A DNA stretch of 64,000 nucleotides from Dictyostelium discoideum (taxonomy: Eukaryota). Positions 29,290 through 45,041 of the stretch are shown here, piece after piece. A model generated the notes under the pieces. The model had not been told where the DNA came from. It ran no database searches and saw nothing but the letters and a program-made list of their open reading frames with translations. The first letter of the stretch is position 1; every line of letters starts with the position of its first letter. Made by a program: the position numbers and the translations under genes. The stretch spans positions 736,001 to 800,000 of the forward strand of contig CM000154.2 of NCBI GenBank assembly GCA_000004695.1, written 5' to 3'.

Positions 29290-29880
29290 ATAGATAAAAA
29301 AAAAAATAATAATAAATAAATAATAAAAATAATTTTATTAATTTAAATAAAAAAAGGAAATAATTATTAATTATTTCAAAGGGATATATGATTGTTAATA
29401 TTTTTTGATTGTTAGTTTTACAACCTATTAAAAGAATAAAAATACCCCCATTTTAAATTTTGAAAAAAATAAAATATAAAAAATAATAAATTTGGTTTTG
29501 TTAAAAAAAAAAAACCACATTCAAAAGCAAAAACATTTTTAATATTATAACCCTTTCCATGATTTTTTATAATTTTAATAGTTTTGGTCTTTAAATATTT
29601 TAAATTATTTTAATGAAAATATTATAAGGTTGAACATTAAAATGGTGAAAAGTAATTCCATGAGGCGCAGTTGGCCACCTTTTTTTTTTTTTTACTTTTA
29701 TTTTTTATTTCCAATACAGCGCCCCCTCAATAAATTATTTATTTAAAAAAAAAATTAAAAAAAAAAAAAAAATTTGTATATTCATTTCCAAAAAAATAAA
29801 TAAAAAAATGTGTTTTAAAAAGTGAAAAATTAATTTATTAATTAATGATTAAATTTGAAGTGATTTCCAACTTTAATAAT

Positions 29881-30378
29881 TTAGAATCTGATATAAAGGA
29901 TATTAAAATTTGGTTGTCTATTTCCCTCAATAATGAAACCAAAGGTGTATGATGCATGAGCATTGATTGATTCTTGATAAGATGGTAGGGTCATAACACC
30001 ATGTGAAATACGAACCATATTCCAAAGTGAGCTTGAATCTCTTAATCTGAAACTATAATCATAACCAATGTAAATATCCAAAATATTACAGTTTGTTGGA
30101 TTTACAATTGTGACATCATATTGAGTGTAAGTTTTACCACAGTCAACCCAACTATTAATACATTTGAACACTAAATAAACTTCTCTATAATGTCCATGAT
30201 GGTAGCAACTACATTTGTTATCTTTTACATGGCAAGTATGTTCACCTCCACAATTACCTGGACAACTATAAGGTGGTCTTCCTCTTGCAACTGCATCATT
30301 AAATTCTTCAGAATTATGAGCTGAAACAAATGCAATTGTTAATAATAAACCAAGTAATATTAAAACTATTGATTTCAT
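29881..30378 (-). CDS. Copy B of the tandem small secreted CBM49-like gene pair, differing from copy A by 5 aa.
   Basis: The 165-aa ORF differs from copy A only at Q21H, D59H, P125H, L157F and S158N. Part of the 3' flank is also shared. Confidence 0.55.
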   Translation of the reverse strand: MKSIVLILLGLLLTIAFVSAHNSEEFNDAVARGRPPYSCPGNCGGEHTCHVKDNKCSCYHHGHYREVYLVFKCINSWVDCGKTYTQYDVTIVNPTNCNILDIYIGYDYSFRLRDSSSLWNMVRISHGVMTLPSYQESINAHASYTFGFIIEGNRQPNFNILYIRF

Positions 30379-30913
30379 TTTTTAAAGTTTTAAATATTAT
30401 TTAAATTAATATTTATTTTATTTTTTTTAAAAGATTTGAATGAATGTTTTTAAAGATAATTAAAATTTAATTTATACTTTTTTTTTTTTTATTATTTTTA
30501 TTTTTTATTTTTTTTTTTTTTTCTAAATATTAAAATAATTAAACAATTAAAATTAATATATTACCAAGAGGTTATTATTTTATAAAAATAGGTTAAATAT
30601 TTTTTTAAATTAATAGAATCGTTCCATACCCCCATTTTGTTTTTATTAAATTTTTCCAAAAATAAAATATATAAAAAAAAATTATAAAAAATAAATTAAT
30701 TAATTTTTTAATAATATTACAGCAAACATTATAAAAAAATCTTAATTGGATATATAATCTCAAATTCAATAATCACAATTCATTGTTATTTGAGTTTTTT
30801 TTTTTTTATTTACAAACACATAATTTAATAAACTAACAATTTTTTTTTTTTTTTTTTTTAATAATTATTAAAATTATAATAATAAATTATAAAACTATTA
30901 TTACTTTTTTTAT

Positions 30914-34093
<3,180 letters not shown>

Positions 34094-34261
34094 GTTTAAA
34101 TTTGTATATTTATATATAATTAAAATAAAATTTTTTTTGATTTTATTTGTTTTGGTGGATACTATATCATAATAAAGAGTGTGTGTGTGTGTGTGTGTAA
34201 ATGCGTGTTTTTGGGAAAAAGAGAAGAGAGAAAAGAAAAAGAGAAGAGAGAAAAGAAAAAG

Positions 34262-34292
<31 letters not shown>

Positions 34293-34690
34293 TGTATGAA
34301 AATTTTATGAAAGAATAAAGTGATTATTTTGTATTTTTGTTTCTTTTTTTTATTTTTATTTTTATTATTTTTTAGATGATGTCTAAATATTTGCAGAAAA
34401 TTTTTAAAAAAAATAAAAAAAATAATAAAATAATAAAAAAAAAAAACAATAGTGAGGGTGTGAGAAATTTTTTAGAATGAACCACAAATAAATTTAAATT
34501 AAAAACACAAAATGACCTAATTTTAATTATTTATTTAAAAAAAAAAAAAAAAAAAAAAATTAAAAAAAAAAAAAATAAAATAAATAAAAAAATAAAATTA
34601 AAAAAACTATAAAAAAAAAAAAATTAAAAAAAATTAAAAAAAAAAAAATAAAAAAGAAAAATCGTTTTTTTTGATTATTTTTAAAAATTT

Positions 34691-34724
<34 letters not shown>

Positions 34725-35062
34725 GTTAAAGGTTTTAAGAAAAAATGGAAATTTCTTAAAAAAGAAATTTTAAAAAATTTCTTTTCAAATTAAAAAAAAA
34801 TAATTAATTGGTATTAAGTGGTCAAGAAACCTCCAAAAAATTTTTAATTTTTTTTTTTTTTTTTTAACCCCCCCACCCCGGTCAAAAAAACTTTAAAAAA
34901 AAAAAGGCCGATTGGGGGAAAATATTTTTAAAATTTTTTAAAAAAATTAAAAAAAAATCCACCAAAAAATTTTTTTTTTTTTTTTTTTTTTCCCAAAATT
35001 AAATTAAATTAAATTAAATTAAATTATTAAAATTAATTAAAAAAAAAAAAAAATTTATTTCC

Positions 35063-35098
<36 letters not shown>

Positions 35099-35338
35099 CC
35101 CAAAATATAATTCAATGAAGTTTTTTATTTTTAAAAAAAATTTTTTTTTTTTAATTTAATTTTTTTTTTTTTTGAAAATTTTTTTTTTTTAGCCATCAAA
35201 TTATATTTTGAAAATATCTGGTTTTTCAAAAAAAAAAAAGTGTTGATTTTTTAATTTTTTAATTTTTTTTTTTTTTTTTTTTTTTTTTTCATCAATCCCA
35301 TTTGTAACATTAATATATACATATAAAAAAAATAAACC

Positions 35339-36816
<1,478 letters not shown>

Positions 36817-36979
36817 TAATAATAATAATCATCATCAATAATAATAAACAATAATTACATTATGTTATCCCTCAATAAATATATATATAAAATAAAATTT
36901 AAAATAAATAATTTGTTATACTAGAAATTATTTTTTTATTTTTATTTTATTATTTTTTTTAATACTATTATTATTATTA

Positions 36980-37415
36980 TTATTTCTTTCTAACTAATTC
37001 ATTTAAACTTCTTTCTGTATCTGTAATTTGTGCATCAATATATTTACTTTGATTCTATATATGTGTGTGGTGTGGGGTATTGGTTAGTATAATAATTAAT
37101 TTAAAAATAGTATATATATTTATATATATATTAATAACATACAATTAAACCTTTAACATCTTCTTCATCTTTTTGAACTTGTTGTTTTAATTCAGTTTTT
37201 AAAGAGGTCATTGGTGAGATAACAAACATTTTACCAACTGCTTTATAGGTTTTAGTTTCTGATGATAATGATTCTAATTCATTGATTGTAATTAAACATT
37301 TCTTTCTATCATTTTCTGCAATTTGAATACGTTGTTTGATTATATTTAAACTTCTACTTAATGTATATAGTTTTTCACGTGTTTCAAAAAATGCTTGTTT
37401 ATCTAAAATTTCCAT
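36980..37415 (-). CDS. pfdn1: Prefoldin subunit 1 (beta-type), 115 aa. Exons 37415..37143 and 37054..36980.
   Basis: …ETKTYKAVGKMFVISPMTSLKTELKQQVQKDEEDVKGLI|NQSKYIDAQITDTERSLNELVRKK, compared with human PFDN1 …ETNMYEGVGRMFILQSKEAIHSQLLEKQK…. GTATGT donor. Exon sum 273+75 = 348. Confidence 0.75.
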
Positions 37416-37610
37416 TATATATTATATTGTTGGTTTTTTTTTATTTTTTATTTTTGATGAAAACAAATTTTAATATCCCAATAGGTGAAAAAAAAAAAAA
37501 AAAAAAATCAAAAAAAGTGAAAAATTTCATTAAAAAAAAAAAAAAAAAAAAAATAAAATTGAAAATAATAACAAATGCAAAAATCAAATCTAAACAAGGG
37601 GTTTAAAAAT

Positions 37611-37650
<40 letters not shown>

Positions 37651-37674
37651 AAATAATATTATTTACAATTAAAT

Positions 37675-38479
37675 TTATTTATTTTCTTTTACTTTTCCTT
37701 TTTTTGGAATTAATTTTTTACTACTGGTTTTCTTCTTTTCTCTTTTCTTTGAATTATTGTCAGACATTTCTTTTAATAGAGTTGAAGCTGGACCAGCAAA
37801 TCCTTGTTGTTCAGTTAAAGATTCTAATAAATTTTTTACAAGATTTAAATTTAAATCAACTTTTTGATTTACTTTATAATTTTCATTATCATCTTCATCA
37901 ACATCTTTGTCATTATTATTAATATTATTATTATTATTATTATTACTTTTTTCAATATCATCAAATTCTTTTGGTAATTTGGTTGACTCCAATTCAAAAG
38001 AAGAAGCAATAATCTTTAAATTTAATTCTTGATCCATTCTTTCCATGTATTGTTTTATGGTTGATTTCTTTAAAAATTCAACATATTGGAATTCTTTTTC
38101 ATCATCATCATCTTCATCTTCATCTTCATATTCTTCAAAACCATCATCTTCATCATCTTCATCATTTTCATCATCTTCATCATCATCTTTGTCATCACTA
38201 TCTTCATAATTATCAATATCTTGGTACATATCATCATCATCGTCATCATCGTCGTCATAATCATCATCATATTTGTTATTATCAGTAAAACCCTTTAGTA
38301 TATCCATGAATTTATTTGAATCAAATGAAATATTATCATCACCACCATTACCATAAGCACTACTTTTAGTTTTATTTTTAGAATTTCCAGATTTTTCGTT
38401 AAATTCTACACCATCAAATGAGGATAGTTGAGAAAGCATTGATTTGAATTGATTCGAAAAATCATTTATTAAATTTGAA

Positions 38480-38565
<86 letters not shown>

Positions 38566-38595
38566 TTCTTTAACTTCTTTTTTACCTTCTTTATT

Positions 38596-38628
<33 letters not shown>

Positions 38629-40026
38629 CTGTTGTTGTTTTTGACGATCATTTTCAAATTCTGTAATTAAATCTTCAAATTTATCAGGATTCTCTTCATT
38701 TAACCAATCATCCTCTGATTCAATTTTACTTTTATCAGATTCTTGTAAAATTTTTATCATTTCATCAACTGATTTTGAATTTGTAACTTGATCAATTAAT
38801 TTATAAATTGATTCTTCTTCTTTATTATTATTATTATTATTATTATTAATATTATTTTTTAAATATTGATTTTTAGCAATTAATAATTTCTCTTTATATA
38901 ATTTTGAACCAATAGTTTCATCATTGAAATAATTATTTGATTTTAATTGTTTTAAATAGTTTAACCAATTCAAATCATCATTGAATCTATGATATGAGGA
39001 TACAGAATTCCTTTTGGATCTATTATAAACCATCTCTAAACCACAAATGATTTTAACACCTAATGATCTTGAATCGTAGGTTGGATGTGAGGGTTTTGGT
39101 AATTGTGGATGAAAATTCTTTGGACTATTCCATTGTTGAAGTTTTAACATTGCATAAAGACAACGAGTGAATCTAATATTGGTTGTTATCAATTGACCTG
39201 AATTACCAAACGAGTCTCTTTCTCTACTCATTGGAAATCTTTTCATTGTGCTAATGGTTTTCATATCATCTGAATCTCTATTATAAAATGTTGTTGTTAT
39301 ATCTGATATTAATTGTGGATATTGATTTAATAAATATCCAATCTCAATTGGTATCGCTGCTAATTTTATTTGATTTTGATCTTTTAAAAAATATTCACCA
39401 TTATAAAATCTAAAAAATGAAAAAATAAAATTAATAAATCTATAAATATATATATATCTAAAATGAAAATGAAAATTAAAATAAAAATAAAATTACCTTT
39501 TTAATCTATTTTTTAAAATTTCATTAATTTCATTTGAAACTTTTGTAATAATATTATTTGAAGATGATGATAATATTGATAAAGCAGTATTTGTATCCAT
39601 TTTATAAGGAATTGTATCTAATTGAGAAGGATCCGAAGGTAATGGTATTATATGAATTTCACCATTTTTTAAGTAAACTCTATTATTAGAATTTGTAGGT
39701 TTTATCCATTTTGGTAATGCTTGAGCAGTTTCAATTAATATAAATTCACCATCATTGTCTTTAATTGAAACAATTAATGATTGAAACTTTTTTGTTAATT
39801 CTAATAAAATATAAACTATAAACCATTCATCATCAATTGATTCTTCAAATTTAGTATTTCCATAAAAATGAATTGGTAGTTGTTGTTGTTGCTGTTGTTT
39901 CTTTTTATGGTCATAAATTTTTAAATTAAATGGTTCTTTTTGCCAAATATAATCTTTAATATAATTTAAAATTAAATATTCTTTAATTTCATTTAATTTA
40001 TTTGTTATAGTGGTATTTTCGTTATT

Positions 40027-40057
<31 letters not shown>

Positions 40058-40221
40058 TTATTATTATTATAATTTATTAAATGAGTGTCAAATATTCTAT
40101 ATTTTACAAAATTAATTTCTTCTTTATGTTTATTATTTAAAATATCATCACCATTATTATAAAAGTCTTCGAAATTATCAACAAACTGTGGAACCGCTCC
40201 ACTATTTTTAGCTTTGTTCAT
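37675..40221 (-). CDS. ecd: Ecdysoneless (ECD / hSGT1) homologue, about 819 aa. Exons 40221..39497 and 39409..37675.
   Basis: [66 protein letters not shown] aligns with human [78 protein letters not shown] aligns with VTFTKCLYAQL. C-terminal VDLNLNLVKNLLESLTEQQGFAGPASTLLKEM aligns with [38 protein letters not shown] donor at 39496. Exon sum 2460. Confidence 0.85.
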
Positions 40222-40457
40222 TGTAATTATTTGAAAAATGAAAATGTGAAAAAAAAAAATAAAAAATAAAAAAAAATAAAAAAAAAAAAATTGAAAAATA
40301 AAATGAAAATTGGAAAGGGGGTACACCATTTAATAAATTTCATTAAAGGAAACCACAAACCCTTTTCCAATTTTTTCTTCATGTTTTAAATTTAATTTTT
40401 TTTAATTTATTGTTTTTTTTTTTTTAAAATGTGTTTTTTATTATTTTTAAAAAAAAA

Positions 40458-40564
40458 ATCATTTGGCAAACACACTTGTTTTAACATTTTCCAAAAAACT
40501 ATTTAAATATATATATTTTTTTTCTAAAAAAAAATATCATTTGACAAACACACTTGTTTTAACA
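40458..40564. promoter_or_regulatory. Two copies of a 30-bp direct repeat, ATCATTTG(G/A)CAAACACACTTGTTTTAACAT, 77 bp apart. They sit in the 413-bp divergent promoter between ecd (-) and the KAR5/GEX1-like gene (+).
   Basis: Copy 1 at 40458-40487 and copy 2 at 40535-40564, with 1 mismatch. Their non-AT-rich composition stands out from the flanking DNA. Confidence 0.5.
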
Positions 40565-40634
40565 TCAATAATTTTCAAAATAATTCCATACTCATAATAT
40601 ATAAAATTTTTTTTTTTTTTTTTTTTTTTAATAA

Positions 40635-41986
40635 ATGTTATTTATTTTAAAATTATTATTTTTATTATGTATTATTATTATAAAAATTAATGGAGAATTA
40701 TCAAATTATTATCAATATGAAATTGATAAAAAAATAAATGATAGAATTAATAATGGTAGAGAAAGTTTAGAATCAATTAAAAAGAATTCAATATCAAATA
40801 GATGTTTGGAGGAATGTATGGAAATATTATCAAATGGTTGTAAGGATATGGATGATTTATCAAAGAGTAGATTAGCAGTTAAATTAACCAATTGTCATTT
40901 GGCAAAGAGTGGTCACAAACAGTATCCATGTAGATTTGATATGTCAATACAAGATTGTACATCTAAAATGGATCAAATGGCATTCTCAACCTATACAAAT
41001 TTTTATATATCCACAGAAAATATTTGTTATTATCTATCACAGGAACTATTTCAACAACGTACAGAACAATCAATTAATAATCTTGTTACAAGTACACATA
41101 AAACTCAAACTGTGATTAATATATTACATTCAAAAGCAGATGACATCAATGAACAAGTTGACCTATCATTAAGCAATCAAAAAAAGTTATTACAAAATCA
41201 AAAACAATTAATCGACGATTTAGATAATAGTGCCAACACAATCAATGACATTGGTAAGAAATCCATTGAAATCGAACAATCCATAACTAAACAATCAAGA
41301 CAACAACAACAATTAATCGATTCACATGATCAACTTTCAAAACAATATCATGATCAATCTAAACAATCATTGGAATTAATTAATGAAATTAAACAATCAT
41401 CAGAAACAATGAATCAACAACAAAAACAATCATTAGAAAATCAAAATCATTTAATTCAATTACAATCTCAATCCATTCAATTCATTGAAACCATTGAAAC
41501 CATCACTGATACTTCATTATCAAAATTGAAACAAGTAATAACCTTTCAAGACCAATTATTAGATGGTAATAAAATTATTATTACAATCTTAAATCAATTA
41601 AATTTACTTCAAAATTGGATTTTATCTGAAGTTATTGATTTTAAATCAATTTATTTTTATATTTCAATTTTTTTAATTGTATGTAAATTTTTAAATAAAA
41701 AAAAAAAAAAAAAAAAAAAAAATTATTAACAAAATATTTTAAATTATAATAATAATAAAATGAAAAAAAAAAGATATATTTAATATCATCAACAAAAAGA
41801 ACCAAATCAACAAGAGTACCATTATTAATTGGATTAATTATTGATATTTTTGTTGAAAGATCAATTTGTTCAACAGTTTTATCATCTCCATCAACAACAA
41901 CATCAACATTATTTAATTTATTATCAATTTTATTCAATATTCCAATAATTAAGTTTATAAGGGAAAATTATTTATTATTTACAAAT

Positions 41987-42025
<39 letters not shown>

Positions 42026-42358
42026 GAATTCACAAATATTTTTTCAAATATTGATCAAAGTATACCAACATCAAGAGAAAATATTTATTTAATGATTAAT
42101 AATATTAGAATAATTTTTATAGTTTATTCGTTGGTTATATTATTTTCATCATTTTGGTTTTATAAAGATTATGAAAAAGACAACCACCAAATGTTGGTTA
42201 CAATTTTAAAAACAGTAAAAAAGAGTGAAAAAAAGTATAGCAATTTAAAGAATCTACTTTACGAAAAAGGTTTGCTCGACAAAAATGATAAAAGATTAAA
42301 AGATCATTCTTCTGTTGAAATTACTAAATTAATTGACTCTGTTGATGATAATAATTAA
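40635..42358 (+). CDS. Candidate nuclear-fusion (karyogamy) protein of the KAR5/GEX1/Brambleberry (Tht1-like) family, 543 aa. Exons 40635..41678 and 41774..42358.
   Basis: Signal peptide (MLFILKLLFLLCIIIIKING). Cys-rich domain CLEECMEILSNGCKDMDDLSKSRLAVKLTNCHLAKSGHKQYPCRFDMSIQDCTSKMDQMAFSTYTNFYISTENICYYL, with the LA.KL..C…G core recalled for this family. A long Gln-rich coiled coil follows. Exon 2 encodes two C-terminal TM helices (TRVPLLIGLIIDIFV; IRIIFIVYSLVILFSSFWFY). GTATGT donor at 41679, acceptor aaaaaag|ATATAT. The family assignment is an inference from domain order plus the CRD pattern. The gene model itself is firmer. Confidence 0.5.
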
Positions 42359-42419
42359 TAAAAATGGAATTACAATTTTTAAAATATCTTCACAAAATTT
42401 ACATTTTTACAAAACAAAA

Positions 42420-42456
<37 letters not shown>

Positions 42457-42802
42457 AAAAAATAAATTTACATTTTTTACAAAACAGTCTTCAATAAATT
42501 TTCGGAGATCAAATAACAATATACAATGTTTTTCATTTTACTTTTTTTTCTCTTATCTTTGTTTTATTATAAAAAAATAAATAAATTAAATAAAAAAAAA
42601 AAAAAAAAAAAAAAAAGATTGATCTAAATTTAACTCTAACCCCTTCCCCCACACAAAACTTTAATATTTTTTTTATTTTTTTTTATTTTTTTTTATTTTT
42701 TGATGCTGGTTTAACACCAACCTACTCTATTGTTTAATTTTTGATTTAATTATTATTTTTATTATTATTATTATTATTTTTTTTTTTTTTAACTTTGGGG
42801 GT

Positions 42803-42836
<34 letters not shown>

Positions 42837-43107
42837 AAAAAAAATTTTTTTTTTTTTTCTATATTCACCAAATAGTAAAACTTCTTTTTACTCCCAAGTT
42901 AAATTAATTTATTTTGGGAATTTATGGGTAAGTAAAAAAATTTTATTAATTTTTTTTTTTTTTTAAAAAAAATTAAAAAAATTAAAAATTAAAAATTTTT
43001 TTTTTTAATTTAATTTTTTTGGGAAAAACCCCCCCCATATATTTTTATTTCCAAAAATTTTTTTAAATTTTTTAAAAAAAATTATTATTATTATTTTAAA
43101 ATTAAGA

Positions 43108-43157
<50 letters not shown>

Positions 43158-43160
<3 letters not shown>

Positions 43161-45041
43161 AAATTAAATAAAATAATTTCAAATTATTTATTAATAATAA
43201 TAATTTCATTAATAATAATAACAACATCAACAATTGTTAATGGTTGTAAAGATGTTGTATTAGATTATACAGAAGATGTACCAAGTAGTTCAACTTCAAC
43301 ATGTTTAGGAACAACGCCATCAGTAACATTTAATAATTATCAGGTTTATAGTGTTTTCAAAATTTCACCAACACCAATTTCAATTGCAACCGATGTAAAT
43401 AAAAAGATAGTAACATTTAAATATGATACAACATATACTTTAAATTATAATGTTGGAGAAGGTTGTACAGAAAATACAAAAGCATTTAAATATGATTCAT
43501 TATCACCACCAGTTGCACAATTCACAGTTACTCAAGGAAAATGCTCATACTCTGAAAGTTCCATAACAATAACAAATCCTCAATCAATATCAGAATATGA
43601 ACTTAAATTAATTAATTCTACTAATGGTGGTGGTAATGGTATTATTAAATTAAATTCAACCAATCCAACTGCAACTATAAGTAAAAGTGGTCAATGGATA
43701 TTATCAGATTCTAGTTTAGGTGCTTCATATGAACCATGTGAAAGAGTGATTTCAATTGATCAACCATCAACAGGCTATCCAGAGTTTACAATTACTTCAC
43801 CAAGTTGTTATGGTAATAATGGTTCAATCGTTGTATCATCAGCTACTGCTTCAAGTTTCACTTCAATTACTTTAACAAATACATTGAATGGTAATTTAAT
43901 TACATCATCAAGTGTTGGTTCATTCACTTCACTTGAAAGTGGTAATTATATATTATCATTGACAAGTAATGCTTGTGGAAAACAATTAATTCCTGTAGCC
44001 CTGGATCCAATAATGCCAAGATTAGCATTCACCTACACCGATGTAACATGTCCATCAAAACCAAAGATTAAAGTATCAATTGATGATCCAAATATCCCAT
44101 CCACTGAAACATTTACAATGACAATCAATGGTATTGCATCAATTGATAATCTATTATCACCAATTATCACATTAGAAAATCAAACTTCTCTTCCATTTAC
44201 ATTCTCTTATAAAAATTGTTTATCAAGTTTTTCATTACCAATGAATCAACCACAAATGAATTTAGCATTTTCAATTGATAGCCAAGAGAATTCATTATAC
44301 GATTGCTCATTAACATCATCATCATCGTCGATTAATTTAAATTATGATAAATCAAGTATTACAGATTTAAATGTTAAATTAGTTAATGATGGTAGTACTA
44401 TAACACCAATTGATTCAAATTTAAATAAATATTCAATTAAAACTAATCAACAATTATCAATTTCATCATCATGTTATGTTAATCCATTATTCATTGAATT
44501 ACCACAACCTGAACCAATTATAAATGTTGATGGTGGAATTAATGGAATAGGTTGTTATGAGAATACTACGATTTCAGTTTATAATCATTTAGATTTTTCA
44601 TCAATAAAACTAGTACCATTAGATTCACCAACTACCTCTATACAATTAAATAGTGAAACTGGTCAATTTACAAATATTTATCGTAAATCTTATAATTTAG
44701 TTTACCAATATTGTTCAACATCAATTGAATCAAGTAAATTATTAAATCTTGCAAGTTCAACTTTAACTTCCTCTCAATATATTTTGGAACAAGATAGTAC
44801 TACAAATGATTTAGATTGTAAAACTGGTGGTGTTACTGTAAAAGCAACTTTTATAAAATCAGATTCAACAAAATTAGATCCAATTTATTCTTTTTTTAAT
44901 CCAAATCAAATTACACCAATTCAATTTAAAATCAATGATAATTGTATAATTGATTTAAATTTTAATCAAAATATTACTTTTAATTCAAATTGTAAGTATA
45001 ATACTAAAATTATAAATATTTATTTTAATAATGATTACTAA
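43158..45041 (+). CDS. N-terminal part (signal peptide plus repeated beta-rich Cys-containing modules) of a large type-I membrane glycoprotein gene. The frame is broken at about 45016-45041.
   Basis: Signal peptide MKLNKIISNYLLIIIISLIIITTSTIVNG. Recurring module motif C-x3-[ND]-G-S-I (SPSCYGNNGSIVV…). Confidence 0.6.

Noticed and set aside
41641-41937. 98-aa minus-strand ORF overlapping the KAR5/GEX1-like gene.
   Set aside because: It overlaps the plus-strand intron and exon 2. The plus frame is open for 195 codons with two TM helices and the minus ORF is compositionally poor, so it is kept as antisense noise.
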